From the IMG/VR virus record IMGVR_UViG_2795386114_000001, positions 1 to 64,000 of that record: a stretch of DNA of 64,000 nt. One strand, 5' to 3'. The translations under genes and the position numbers were made by a program. This document shows, piece by piece, positions 34,938 through 46,000 of this stretch (positions within the stretch are counted from its first letter, which is position 1; each line of letters opens with the position of its first letter). The notes below the pieces were generated by a model. It did no database searches and was not told the DNA's origin. It saw only the letters and a list, made by a program, of their open reading frames with translations. This DNA comes from a virus. Its lineage: Duplodnaviria; Caudoviricetes.

Positions 34938-36278
34938 TCAGACGTTGGGGACCTTGAGCCGGTCCCAGGAGGTCTTGCCGGGGATCCCGTCGGCGTCCGC
35001 GCCGGCGTAGCCGAGCTTCTTCTGCCAGCGCCTGTAGGACTCCCTGTCGGCGTTGGTCCAGTTCGGGCCCGGCCCGTTGCGGTAGACCGCGCAGCCTTCC
35101 TGAACGAGGCGCCTCCCCATCGCGGTGATGACCGGGGAGTGGCGGCCGCCGTGGAAGAACTCGGCGCCCGGGAACGGCTCGTACTGCGGCGCGGCCGGCT
35201 TGGTCGCGGGCAGCTTCAGCTTCTGCCCCACCGTCAGGTCGTCGGGGTCCCGCAGCGCGTTCAGCGACACCAGCTTGGCAACAGTCGTACCGTGTGCCTT
35301 GGCGATGCTGGTGAGGGTGTCGCCCGGCTTCACCGTGTATGTCGACGCGCTGGGCGCAGGGGTGTCGTTGCCGCCGGACTCGTTGACGACGGCCTTGCCG
35401 GGAACGACCGAGGTGTCGATGGCGCCCGGATCCCAGTGGCTGTTGCCGGGCACGTGCATGTGCCCGAAGTGGCCGCCCTTGGTCTGCCACGTGGTCCGGT
35501 TGCGTGTCGTCTTGGCGACGGCGGTAGCGGTGGCCAGTGGGGCGCCGGCGGGCCATACGTCGGGGATGCCGTGCGCTCGCATCGCAGCGAGCAGCTTGCG
35601 GAAGTTGGGCTTCTTGGCGGGGTCGAAGCCCTTCGTCCACGGGGAGCTGGCGCGCCCGAGGACCTCCACCTGGATGTTGACCTTGCCTTCGCGGTTGGTG
35701 CGGCGGGTGCCGTCGTTCTGGAGCGCGCGGGCGGACTGGGTGAGCGGCCCGAACTGGCCGAGCTTGTCGCTGTCGGGGTCGTAGATGACCTGCGGTTCCG
35801 AGGCGACCCGGATCAGGTAGGCGGCGATGGAGGTGAAGTAGCCGCCGCCTGCTGGGGACTCGGTGGTGTGCCAGGTCGCGCGGGGCGGGTTCTCCGGGTG
35901 GTCCATGGCGCCGCCGATGGACTGATCCCCGAAGCGGACAGCGACGTCAATGTAGGCGGGGCCGGACGCGCCGCGCGGCAGGTCGATGCCCTCAATCTGG
36001 GTCTTCGGGTCCGGGTCCGGGTCGTACACCCGGTACTCGAGGGCGCCCACGGGCACGTACACGTCCAGGTCACCGTCGTTGCGGAGCACCATGAAGGCGC
36101 CGTCGATGTGCGGGTGCTGGCGGACGAAACGCGGGGAGGTCTTCAGGGCGGCGATGGCGCGTACTTCGTCGACGTGGGCCTGGTCGACGACGCCGAGGTA
36201 GGTGGTTTCCACCTGCTGCCCGTCGGTGTCCGGATCCGGTGAGGCGAGGTGGTCGATGGCGACGTGGTACTCGGTCAT
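34938..36278 (-). CDS. Endolysin: amidase + LysM + peptidoglycan-binding domain, with about 100 aa N-terminal extension
   Basis: WHTTE...QVEV...GHMHVPGNSHWDPG; YTVKPGDTLTSIAKAHG LysM; ADGIPGKTSW. Confidence 0.92.
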   Translation of the reverse strand: MTEYHVAIDHLASPDPDTDGQQVETTYLGVVDQAHVDEVRAIAALKTSPRFVRQHPHIDGAFMVLRNDGDLDVYVPVGALEYRVYDPDPDPKTQIEGIDLPRGASGPAYIDVAVRFGDQSIGGAMDHPENPPRATWHTTESPAGGGYFTSIAAYLIRVASEPQVIYDPDSDKLGQFGPLTQSARALQNDGTRRTNREGKVNIQVEVLGRASSPWTKGFDPAKKPNFRKLLAAMRAHGIPDVWPAGAPLATATAVAKTTRNRTTWQTKGGHFGHMHVPGNSHWDPGAIDTSVVPGKAVVNESGGNDTPAPSASTYTVKPGDTLTSIAKAHGTTVAKLVSLNALRDPDDLTVGQKLKLPATKPAAPQYEPFPGAEFFHGGRHSPVITAMGRRLVQEGCAVYRNGPGPNWTNADRESYRRWQKKLGYAGADADGIPGKTSWDRLKVPNV

Positions 36279-37102
36279 CGCGAGTTGTCCAATCGGGGCT
36301 GGATCAGGTCGATTTCGTTGCGGAGCTCCTGGTAGAGAGCGAGGGTCATGCGGAAGCTGCCGGAGTCGCCCCAGGACTGTGACCAGGAATTTTGCACGCG
36401 CAGGATGGTGTGGTCGTAGAAGATCCGGTTGGTGGATTCGTCCACTGCCACGGCTTCCAGGGCGGTGATGCAGACTTCGTGTCCGCCGACTACAGGCGAG
36501 TTCTGCCAGTTCGGGATCTCGTCCAGGAGGGCCAGGTCTCCGGTCGGGGAGCTGAATGCGTCATGCCAGGGCATTCCCATCAACACGGGGCCGGTCTGGA
36601 GGAGGGTGCAGAGTTCCTCTGCCGTGGTGGCGTGCCCGTACTGGTCGATGAGGCCGCGGGTGCGCAAGGCCTTGGCGACGCCGAGGCCGGAGGAGCCACA
36701 GTCGGTCGTGGGCCACGTGTAGTCGTTCCACTGGTCGCGGTGGGTGGCGTCGGAGTACAGGCCGATCGCCCACGCCTCGGCGGCCGCCGGATCGGTGACG
36801 TCGAGTCCGGCCTGGGCGAGCTCACCGGCGGTGTGGAGGGCGGAGATGAGGGCGGTGGCGGCGTTGCCCGTGCACGAGCCGAGAGCGTCGACGTCGTCGG
36901 CGCCCTCGAAGAGTTGGCTGGTGTGGATGTTCTGGGCGAGGAGGTTCTGCTGGTCCAGGACCGGGATCTTGGGCGCCCATTCCACGGGGTGGAGGGGGCT
37001 GCCGCTGTAGGGGCGCCGGTAGGCGAGGCTGCGCGGGTCCAGCACGAGGTGCCGGCCGAGGCCCGGCCGTACGTCGTACTTTTTGATGGTGAGGTCGGGC
37101 AC
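36275..37102 (-). CDS. Papain-like (C1) cysteine peptidase
   Basis: DQ...LGSCTGNA (Cys), GGHEV (His), QNSWSQSWG (Asn); ATGA-coupled to the endolysin. Confidence 0.85.
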   Translation of the reverse strand: MPDLTIKKYDVRPGLGRHLVLDPRSLAYRRPYSGSPLHPVEWAPKIPVLDQQNLLAQNIHTSQLFEGADDVDALGSCTGNAATALISALHTAGELAQAGLDVTDPAAAEAWAIGLYSDATHRDQWNDYTWPTTDCGSSGLGVAKALRTRGLIDQYGHATTAEELCTLLQTGPVLMGMPWHDAFSSPTGDLALLDEIPNWQNSPVVGGHEVCITALEAVAVDESTNRIFYDHTILRVQNSWSQSWGDSGSFRMTLALYQELRNEIDLIQPRLDNSR

Positions 37103-37150
37103 TCGCCCGTGCTCCTGCACTCCCCGCGCCCAGAGCTGGTGATTCGTGCG

Positions 37151-37172
37151 GGCCACTGTTGTGTGGCCGTCC
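37151..37172 (-). promoter_or_regulatory. Leader hairpin GGAC-GGCCAC-ACAACA-GTGGCC (copy C)
   Basis: One of three covarying copies; 48 nt before the peptidase start. Confidence 0.75.
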
Positions 37173-37263
37173 CTCAGGCGGTGATGCAGGGGCGCGGGCG
37201 GAGGGTCGCCCGGCTGATCTCAGGCTAAGGCCTGCCGGGAACGGTGTTCCCCCTGTGGTGTGG

Positions 37264-37485
37264 TTACTGGGGTGCGGGCGGGAGGGGCGTGACGGGGAAC
37301 AGCTGCTCGTGGCGTTCGGCGTTGGTGGAGGTGACGTAGTCGACGTTGTCGAGGAGCCACTGCTCGATGTGGTGGGCGAGGGCGGTCTCGTCGACCTGCG
37401 TGTATTCGGACTGCACGTTGACGTACACGCGGACTGGGTCGGCTTCGCCGTTGCCGTTGATGAGGGTGTAGGGGTACTCGGCCAT
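37264..37485 (-). CDS. Small tail-associated protein
   Basis: MAEYPYTLING...; follows the tail-fibre gene. Confidence 0.55.
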   Translation of the reverse strand: MAEYPYTLINGNGEADPVRVYVNVQSEYTQVDETALAHHIEQWLLDNVDYVTSTNAERHEQLFPVTPLPPAPQ

Positions 37486-37487
37486 GG

Positions 37488-40139
37488 TCACGCTACTTTC
37501 GTCAGGCGGATACGGGAGTCGGTGTAGAGGGTGGTGGCGGTGGCGTTGGCGCCGCCTTGGGCCCAGCGCAGAGCGAACGTTCCGCCGGTGCTGCTCACGC
37601 GGAGGGTGCCGCGGACGATGACGCCGTAGGCGTTGGTGGAGACACCGCCGTAGACGCGGGTGGCGGCGATGTCTGTCGTTTCGGTGCGCACCGTGTAGCC
37701 CCAGGGGCTGGTGACGTCCTGCTGGGTGCCGTTGGAGGCGGTTCCGGAGACGACGGTGGTTCCGTTGCCGAGGCCCATCCACTCGCCGGCCGCGCCGGAG
37801 GGGGTGCTCCAGCCCATCTGGAAGTCACCGGGACCGCTGTACTTCAGCCAGCCGTCGATCTCGTAGATGGCGTTGGCGTCGACAGTGAAGGTGATCTGGG
37901 TGTCGTTGGTGGGGGTGGTGGTGTTGGTGCGGGTGTCGTCGGTGCTGCGCCGCTTGCTCTGGAATCCTCCGGTGCCGGCGACAGTGAGGTTGCCGTCCTT
38001 GTCGACGGAGAACTTGGAGACGCTGTTGACCAGCAGGTTCAGCAGGGTTCCGGTGTGTCCGGTGGCGGTGTTGACGTAGAGGGCGGCGTTGGAGGAGGCG
38101 GGCGGGTACACCTCGAGGCGCCCGTTGGTGAGCTGACCGCGGCCTGCTTCCACGATGAAGATGTTGTTCTGGCTGGAGTTGTCGGCGTTGATGTAGCTGA
38201 CTGATCCGTATCCGGAGCGCAGGTCGATGCGGCCGCCGATGGGCAGGCCGGTACTGGAACGGATGCGCTCGATGACAGCGAAGTCGTTACCCATGAAGGT
38301 GCGCCACTTCATGTCCGTGTAACCGGATCCGGTGAAGGTGCCGCTGTTCATGCCAAGGTCGGCTGCGCCTGCGGTGTTCTCGGAGACGTTGATGACGGCG
38401 CTGTTGGTCTGCGCGGCGTTAGTCATCCGCAGGTTGGGGTAGGTGGCGTCGGGGTCCAGCCACAGGACTGCTCCGGTGGTGCCCTGGACGAGCAGGCCGC
38501 GCTCGGAGAGTTCACCGATGGCGGTGGAGATGACCCCGTCGTAGACGAGGACTTTGTTCGCGGCGGACTCGTTGATCGTGATGCGGGCGCCCGAGGCGGC
38601 GGTCTGGAGGAGGGAGCCGGTGATGGTGCCGCCGGTGATGGTTTTGCCGGTAATAGCGTCCGCTGCCAGTGCGGTCGCGTCGACTGCGCCCGCTGAGATT
38701 TTGGCGGCGGTGATGGCGCCGTCGGCGATGTTCACCGCGTTGACGACGCCGGTGGGGACGGTCTCCAGGGTGACCTGGTCGACCTGCATGGTGCCGCCGG
38801 AGGTGGAGCCGATGAGGAGGCGTACCAGGGGGCGGATGTAGCGGACGCTGGTGTGGAGCTGTCCGGGGGCTTTGGGGTCGGGGCACGCGGTGATTGTGCC
38901 GGTCGCGGCGGTGCCCTTGGCGTAGCCGGTGACGGTGGTCCACGTGGTGCCGACCGAGACGGTGAGGTTGGCGGCGGCGATGTAGTGCTGGTTTGCGATG
39001 AGGTTGGCGCCGGTCTGGTTGACGCGGGTGGTGCCGTCGGCGGCGATGCCGGTGAGGCCGATGTACACGGTCGGTGTGCCGCTGACGGGGGTGACGGTGG
39101 TGCGGATGCGGGCGGTGACCTTGTACAGGGCGTCGGGGTCGAAGGGGGTGTTGGTGGTGCGTTCCAGGGTGGTGCGGCCGGTGGCCTGAATGACGGTGCT
39201 GCCCGCGCCGGCGTCGGTGACCCCGGTGACGACAGCCCAGGCGCCGGTGTCGGTGGGCTGCGTCCACAAGGTGGCGTCGCCCATCGCGTCGGTGATCTTC
39301 TGGGAGATGGAGTCGGCGATACCGACGGTGAGCTGGTTGGTGCTGATGGCCCCGGCTGCGACCTTCCCCGCGATGACCGAGTTGGCCGCGAGCTTGTCGG
39401 AAGTCACGGCGAGCGCGTCCAGCTTGGCGGTGGTGACCGCACCTGCGGCAATCTTCGACGCGTTGACGGCGTCGGTGTCGATCTGCGCTGCCTGCACGGC
39501 TGCGGCCACGATCTTCGGGGTGGTGATGGCGTTGTCGCTGATCTCCGTGGTTCCGATCGCCCCGACGGCGACCTTCGCCTGGGTGACCGCGTCGTCGGCG
39601 AGCTTGACGGTCGTGATGATGCCGTCCACGACATCGTCCGCGACAACCGGTGTCGGCTCCGTCGGCCCGACGATCCTTGACGGGGTGGAGGCCGTCCCGG
39701 AGGTGTTGCGGGCCACCAGCAGCACGTAGACGGGTTCATCGCACGCGACGACGGCGGTGGCGCCCTGCGCGGTTTCGATCGTCGCCTTCAGCGTGTCCGC
39801 GCCCGGCGTGTACGACGCGAGCGGGGAGACGTGGACTTCCGTGCGCTGCCAGTCCAGCGGCACCACTGCCCCGTCGGCGAACTGGCCGTCCCAGGACACG
39901 GTGACCCCGTTGATCATGCCGGTCACGATCGGGTCGGACGGCTGCGGCGGGGGCGGCCCGTTGACGATGTTCACCGCGGTCGTGCCGTCGGCCTGGACAC
40001 CGAGGAGGCCGCGCAGGCTTCCGTCGCCGTCGCGGACTTGTACGGCGGTGTTGTCGATGCTGGCGTGGGAGAGGCGAGCGGAGTTCTCCAGACGCTCGAG
40101 GCGCGCCCGCATGGACGCGAGTTCACGGCCGATGTCCAT
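37488..40139 (-). CDS. Minor tail / tail fibre protein
   Basis: FnIII-like segment, repeated ITT.KI.A.A motifs, carbohydrate-binding-like module. Confidence 0.8.
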   Translation of the reverse strand: MDIGRELASMRARLERLENSARLSHASIDNTAVQVRDGDGSLRGLLGVQADGTTAVNIVNGPPPPQPSDPIVTGMINGVTVSWDGQFADGAVVPLDWQRTEVHVSPLASYTPGADTLKATIETAQGATAVVACDEPVYVLLVARNTSGTASTPSRIVGPTEPTPVVADDVVDGIITTVKLADDAVTQAKVAVGAIGTTEISDNAITTPKIVAAAVQAAQIDTDAVNASKIAAGAVTTAKLDALAVTSDKLAANSVIAGKVAAGAISTNQLTVGIADSISQKITDAMGDATLWTQPTDTGAWAVVTGVTDAGAGSTVIQATGRTTLERTTNTPFDPDALYKVTARIRTTVTPVSGTPTVYIGLTGIAADGTTRVNQTGANLIANQHYIAAANLTVSVGTTWTTVTGYAKGTAATGTITACPDPKAPGQLHTSVRYIRPLVRLLIGSTSGGTMQVDQVTLETVPTGVVNAVNIADGAITAAKISAGAVDATALAADAITGKTITGGTITGSLLQTAASGARITINESAANKVLVYDGVISTAIGELSERGLLVQGTTGAVLWLDPDATYPNLRMTNAAQTNSAVINVSENTAGAADLGMNSGTFTGSGYTDMKWRTFMGNDFAVIERIRSSTGLPIGGRIDLRSGYGSVSYINADNSSQNNIFIVEAGRGQLTNGRLEVYPPASSNAALYVNTATGHTGTLLNLLVNSVSKFSVDKDGNLTVAGTGGFQSKRRSTDDTRTNTTTPTNDTQITFTVDANAIYEIDGWLKYSGPGDFQMGWSTPSGAAGEWMGLGNGTTVVSGTASNGTQQDVTSPWGYTVRTETTDIAATRVYGGVSTNAYGVIVRGTLRVSSTGGTFALRWAQGGANATATTLYTDSRIRLTKVA

Positions 40140-41242
40140 CACAGGCTCCCGTAGTGGTACATCGAGGCGGGCTTGAGGCTGACGACGGCCTGCGGGCCGC
40201 CCCGGGCGGTTGGCTTGATCGTCCATCCGGTGACGCGGCACCAGCCGGTGTAGGACGTCCACGCGTTGTGGATGCGGGTGTAGATGTCGTCGCCGACCTG
40301 CCACGCCCCGAACGGTGCGGCGTCGGTGTCGCGCAGAACGACCTGTTCGACGCTGCCGAGGGTCTGCCGCCTGGCCCGCTCCCATGCGACGCGGTCTTTG
40401 AGGACGTCGTTGCCGTTGATCTCCGGGTACTGCACGGCGGCCTCGAGGCGGAGGCGGCCGTTGCGGACAGCGGAGATCTGCCTCAGTTTCGCGCTGCCGT
40501 CACCGGCACCCGTCCCGATCACGACCTGCGCGTAGTCGTCACCGGAGAGGATCTCTTCGGGTTCTTCGATGATGTTGACGCCGGAAGAGAACGTGATGTC
40601 GGTGCGGCGGGTTCCCAGGCGTGGCCAGCCCAGCTGGATGCGTTTGATGACGTCGGTCTTACCCGTGTTCCAGGCGGTGGTGCACGTGTACTCGGGGGTG
40701 GCGTTGTCGGAAACGAGTTCGTCGACCTGGTCGCCGAGGCTCTTCGTGTCGTACCAGTAGGAGTGGTACTCGTCGCCAGGCACGCCGACCTTGGAGGTGC
40801 TGGTGGTGGTGTCGACGATGACGCCGAGGTCACCGTCGGGAACAGATTGGGCGTACTCCCAGATGTTGCGGATGACCTCGCAGCGGTCCGTGTACACGTA
40901 GGGGCCGCGGCCGCCGTGCTCGCCGTCCAGGTCGAAGCGGCGTTGCAGGTACGACGACCAGGAGGCGGCCTCGAGGCTGTAGTCGTTGCCGGAGGATCGG
41001 ACGTCCCAGATGAGGCCTCCCCACTGGATCTGCCCCTCGGATTCGACGTAGATGGCGGTGGTGCCGGGGTCGACGGTGGCTGGCTGGGAGGCGATCAGGC
41101 GCGGCGACAGCTTCCCCGTCAGACTGCCGGGCCCGGACAGTTCCGGCCCGTACTCCAGTTCCGTGACCGGGAGCGCGGTCGCCAGCCAGTCCCCGGTGAG
41201 GAGGTTCTGGGTGAGGACCCGGTCCGGGATGGGCTGGGTCAC
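40139..41242 (-). CDS. Minor tail (hub/Tal-like) protein
   Basis: WGGLIW...LGWPRLG...GTGAGDG; post-Dit position. Confidence 0.75.
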   Translation of the reverse strand: MTQPIPDRVLTQNLLTGDWLATALPVTELEYGPELSGPGSLTGKLSPRLIASQPATVDPGTTAIYVESEGQIQWGGLIWDVRSSGNDYSLEAASWSSYLQRRFDLDGEHGGRGPYVYTDRCEVIRNIWEYAQSVPDGDLGVIVDTTTSTSKVGVPGDEYHSYWYDTKSLGDQVDELVSDNATPEYTCTTAWNTGKTDVIKRIQLGWPRLGTRRTDITFSSGVNIIEEPEEILSGDDYAQVVIGTGAGDGSAKLRQISAVRNGRLRLEAAVQYPEINGNDVLKDRVAWERARRQTLGSVEQVVLRDTDAAPFGAWQVGDDIYTRIHNAWTSYTGWCRVTGWTIKPTARGGPQAVVSLKPASMYHYGSL

Positions 41243-42174
41243 CGGGGTGCCTCTTCGAACTGCACGTCGGCGACGAGGGTGGTGCCGGAGTCGACGTAGA
41301 TCCGTCCGGCCTGTCCGGAGGCGAGGCCGGCGGCGCGCACGCGCAGAAGCTGGGTGGTGTTGCGGTAGGCGGAAGGCAGGGTGAGGGTGTCGGCCATGAT
41401 GGCGGCGATACGGCGGGCGCCGCTGCCCTGGTTGTCGTCGAGGGTGGTGGGCTGCACGGACAGGCTGGCGCCGAACGTGGCGCTGATCTGGCCGTAGAAG
41501 TTGCCGAGGTCGTAGCGCAGGGGGCTGACGTCGATCTTGATGATGGCTTTGGTGGCCCAGTCGGGGATGGCGATGTTCCACCCGGCCGCCGTGCTGAAGT
41601 AGGAGTAGCTGGTGCTGCTGCCGATGCCGCTGCTGATGCTGGACGGTGACTGGGTGACCAGGGTGCGGGAGCGGCGCGGATTGGCGCACTTCCGCAGGTC
41701 GGTGATCATCGCGTTAGTGATGGTCCCTGTGGAGGCTGGGATGTCGATGCGCGCCAAGGGGATACCGGTGCCGGTCGGAACCGTAGTCGCCGAAGATGAG
41801 ACGTTCGATAGGACATCAATGAAAACGATCTCGTCGGTTGCCGGGTTGTGGCTGTATCCGTACTCGGGATCCTCAACGCGGACGATGACCATGTCCGAGC
41901 GCGGTGTGGCCCCAGTGGCCGCAATGTCAACGTTGATGGACCCGACGTTGCATGCGGCGTAGTGGCCTTGGAAGGTGTTGTCGCGCCCTTTGATGACACC
42001 CGAGCCATCGCCCACGGTTACTCCACCGCCAGGCGTCGATCGCTGCGTAACTTTCAGATCGTCGCCCTGAGTAATGCCCTCCGCCCCGTTGGCGAGGTCG
42101 CGGACCAGCATGCGGAACTGCTGCGCGGAGTGGGTGGCCCCGTTGGTGAGGATGGGCGCCGGGAAAAAGGCCAT
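41239..42174 (-). CDS. Minor tail/baseplate protein
   Basis: RSDMVIVRVEDPEY...IPLARIDIPAST.TIT..MITDLR. Confidence 0.75.
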   Translation of the reverse strand: MAFFPAPILTNGATHSAQQFRMLVRDLANGAEGITQGDDLKVTQRSTPGGGVTVGDGSGVIKGRDNTFQGHYAACNVGSINVDIAATGATPRSDMVIVRVEDPEYGYSHNPATDEIVFIDVLSNVSSSATTVPTGTGIPLARIDIPASTGTITNAMITDLRKCANPRRSRTLVTQSPSSISSGIGSSTSYSYFSTAAGWNIAIPDWATKAIIKIDVSPLRYDLGNFYGQISATFGASLSVQPTTLDDNQGSGARRIAAIMADTLTLPSAYRNTTQLLRVRAAGLASGQAGRIYVDSGTTLVADVQFEEAPR

Positions 42175-42186
42175 TGCGGCTCTCCT

Positions 42187-43089
42187 TCAGAGGGCTATGT
42201 AGGCGTCGCGCCAGGTGACGCGCAGGCGGGACGAGTTGGTGTTGTCGAACGCCGTCCACCGCATCTCCGATGTGCCGGGCAGCAGGCTGAACAGGTCGAG
42301 GCGGCTGCCTGGGGAGAGGTAGGTGGTGGCGTTGCCACCGTTGTCCCAGGTGACGGTGCGATAGCCGGGCCGGGTGTCGATCTGCACCCACCGGCCTGCC
42401 GTCAGGTTGAGGGTGGGCAGGGCGAGGGCGCGGCCGGTGGCGACGTTGGTGATGGTGACGTTGGCGCACGGCCCGGTGATCCGCAGGATCGGCCAGGCGG
42501 GCGCATCCCCTTCGTTGGTGACCCAGCCGGGCCGGTCCGCGGCGACGGTGCCGTCCTGGACGTAGATCGGCGCCACGACTGGGGCGGCGAAGCCGCCGCC
42601 GGTCAGCCAGCCGAGAGGCAGCTCGGTGACGGACTCCTCGTCCGCGTAGAACGTGGGGTCGTGGGCGAGGAACTCCATGTCCAACGGCACGTAGCCGTGG
42701 ATGACCTGCCGGTACTCCGGCTCGAGCTTCCGCGCCCGTACCGTGAGCCGCTTGACCGGCCGTCCGGGGCGCTTGAGGCGGAGCGCCATGCCCTGACCTC
42801 CCAGCAGGCGTACGGCGGCCGGGTCGGTGGCGGCCTGGAGAGCGGCGACCATGTCGTGGCAGGCGTCCGGCTCGCCGGGGATGCGGATGGCGGCATCGAT
42901 CTGGATCTGCCTGCCTGCCCAGTAGTCGGGTCCGGCAAACTGGCCGTCCATGGACGGCTGGTCGACATCGGAGTCCCTGACCGGTGGACGGCCGAGCCCG
43001 GTGGTCTCGATCACCTGCACGTTGGTGCCGGCGCCGATGAGGACGCCTCCGACGTCGTACTGCCAGTCATCGAGCTCAAGCAACGGCAC
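42187..43089 (-). CDS. Distal tail (Dit-like) protein
   Basis: Directly after the TMP; F.AHDP.FY, NEGDAPAWP...GP, L.PG.SE. Confidence 0.8.
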   Translation of the reverse strand: MPLLELDDWQYDVGGVLIGAGTNVQVIETTGLGRPPVRDSDVDQPSMDGQFAGPDYWAGRQIQIDAAIRIPGEPDACHDMVAALQAATDPAAVRLLGGQGMALRLKRPGRPVKRLTVRARKLEPEYRQVIHGYVPLDMEFLAHDPTFYADEESVTELPLGWLTGGGFAAPVVAPIYVQDGTVAADRPGWVTNEGDAPAWPILRITGPCANVTITNVATGRALALPTLNLTAGRWVQIDTRPGYRTVTWDNGGNATTYLSPGSRLDLFSLLPGTSEMRWTAFDNTNSSRLRVTWRDAYIAL

Positions 43090-46000
43090 GAGCGTCCACT
43101 CCTCCCCTGCGGGCCCGGCGCACACTGCGGCCGACCTGGAATCCGATGTCGGATGCGCTCGCCCCGGTCCGGACGGGGGTCACGGTGACCTGGGTGGTGT
43201 CGCCGGAGCGGACGATGACGATGGGCCTGCCGGCTTGCGCGTCGGTGAGGCCGACTCCGAAGCGGCTGGCGACGTCCCGCAGGACGGGCAGCGCGGTGCG
43301 CCGCTTGCTGGGGCTGAGCGGCAGGTACGCCTCTCCGCCGGTGGAGGGCTCCGCGAAGCGGATGATCCCGGCCCGGGTCGCGTACATTCCGGCGCGGATG
43401 CCGCCGTCCGCGTACGCCATGTGCCGGTTGGCTTTCGTCAGGTCGGCGAGGAAGCGGTCGGAGCGCGGTCCAAGACTGGACTGGATCTGCCTCTTTGCCT
43501 TGTTGGCGACGTCGATGATGACGTCCTCGCCGAGCCCGGTCTTCGCGGCGACGTCGTGGATGCCGGTCTTGCTGGTGGAGATCGCGGCGATGATCTGCAC
43601 CAGGTCGGCGACCTGCTCGGAGGTGAGGGCCTTGTTCGCGGTCTTGGCTTGCGTGTTCGCCGCTCGGGCCTTCTTCTTGTCCTTCACGGCGGCCGCGGCG
43701 AGTTGCTGGGCGGCTTCGTCGTTCTGGCTGGCGAGCTGGGCTGCGAGGTCGCCGTAGCCCTGCGCGGCGAGCTTGGCGAGGTTGTCGGAGAACGTTTTGT
43801 TGACCTTGTTGGCGCTGGTCAGCTGCCGCGTGTAGTCCGTCAACGATGCCTTGGCGGTGGCCTGGAGGTTCCTGAGGGCCTTGGACATGTCGTTGATGTA
43901 CTTCGTGGAGCCGGTGGCCATCTTGTGGGCGAGTTTCATGCCGTCCTCGCCCATCGCCGCCAGCGCTTGTGCAACGTCGCCGCCGACGCGGTCGGCGACC
44001 TTCTCCAGGTCCTTGTTCCAGGCTTGGGTGGCTTTCGAGGCGCTCTTCAGCTTCTTCTCGACGGCGCCGAGGTCGAAGTACTCGACTTCCTTGGTCGTGG
44101 TCTTCTTCCCCTTGACCTTGACCTTCACTTTCTTGGTCTTGTGGCCGGCCTGCCCGGCATCGGAGGCGCTGTAGAGGGAGCCGGTGCTGGGGTCGTAGCG
44201 CCAGTCGGTGACGTTGCCGTCGGCGTTCCACTGGATCCCGCGCGGATCGCCGCCCAGACGGCGCACGATCTCCTCGGTGATGGCGCGGGAGCGGGGCCGC
44301 GCAGACATGCGGAAAGGCACGTATCCCTCGCCCTGGGTCTCCCGCTCCCCCCAAACCCGGTAGGAGCCCGCCTGGGTGATCTGCGCGATGTGCTGGTTTG
44401 GCCTGTCGCCCCGCTCCATGCCTCCCCCGGCATAGGCGCGGATGCCGCCGCGGGCGTAGAAGTCCAGGACGTTGCCGCGGGAGTTGGGCGTCACGCCCGG
44501 GTACTTCTTCCCGTCCACCGCGCCGGTGCGCACCGTGTTCAGGTATTCGGTCTTGTAGATGCCGATGCCGATGGTCTTGCCGTGCATCCCGTTGATGGCG
44601 CCCTGGATGGCGCTGACCGCGGAGGTGGGCGGACCGGTCGGGATGGTGATGGTGACGTTCTTCGATCCCGGCACGTCCCGGATCTTGAAGCCGAGGGCTT
44701 CCAGCTGCTTGCGGGCCTCCGCGGTCGGCGCCCGCATGGTGATGGTCTTGCCGTTGGTGGATCGGATCTTTCCCTGAACGGCTTCCAGGTCCTTGATGGC
44801 CGCGGCGGTCTTGGCATCGACCTTCACCGCCTTCCCGCCCGGCGTCTGGGACAGCTTCGTGATGAGAAGGTCCAGCTGGTCACGGGCGGCCTGCGTCGGC
44901 GCTGTGATCTTGTATTCGCGGGTGCCGGGAATCAGCTGAATCTTGTAGCCAAGGTCCTCGAGTTCCCTCTTCGCCTGCTCGCCGAGCGCATCAACGGTAA
45001 TGGTCTTCTTGTCGGGGAACTGCTCGAACTCCGCCTGCACGGCCAGCAGCTCGGCCAGGGTCGCGTCGACACCTTCCGTGGACAGCAGAATCGACACCTG
45101 GCCGGGGATCAGACCCAGGGAGTCGGCTACCTTCCCGGCCTGCTTCTCCGTCATGCCGTAACCGGTCATCAGGTCGATGGCCGCGTCCCGGCTCTTCTTC
45201 ATCTCCCCGCGGGCGGCGGCCAGCGACTCGGGCAGGGTCTTGCCCTGAGACTGAGCGAAGTCGTAGGAGGCGATCGCGGCCTGCGCGGACCCGTCGGAGA
45301 TCGTGTTCAGGGTGTTGAAAAGCTGCTGCCCGTTCTTGGTGGTGGTGTTCAGGGTGCCGTTGGTGTTCAGCAGGGCCTTGCCCCAGCCGTCCGCGTGGTC
45401 GATGCCTTCCTTCAGCGCCTCGTTGGCGTTGGTGATGGCCTCGTTGACGCGGGCCTGCGCGGCCTGCAAGGACACCGAGCCGCCGGAGAGGAGATCCAGG
45501 GCGTCGCGCAGGGCGCGGGTGCGGGAGTCGGCGTCCGCGGTCTTGTCGGCGAGCGCGGCGACGGCGTCCTTCAACCGGCTGTAGGCGGACACTCCGTCGC
45601 CGGTGCCCTTGGTGGCCGAGTCGAGGTCCTTGGCGTTCTTGGCGGCCGTCTTGGCGTCGCCGGACATGCTGCGCAGGGCCTTGGCGGCGCCGGCGTAGGC
45701 GTTGGCCTTGTCGAGGATCGCCTTGCGGTCCTTGTCGCCGCGACCGGTCTCGTTGAAGGCCTGCGCCTGCTCCTTGGCCAGGGCTTCCATCTTGTCGGCG
45801 AGCTTGTCGACGCTGTCGCCCTGGCCGAGGTAGGAGTCGGTGAGGTCGGACAGGGAGTAGCCCTGCTTGGCCATCACGTCGGCGAGGGTCTGGCCCGTGT
45901 TGGCGAGCTTGGTGTTCTGGATGGTCTGGGCGGCTTGCTGGCGTACGTTTTCGTCGATGGCGCCGTTGGACTGGCGCATGGCCTGCGTAAGTCCGTCGAT

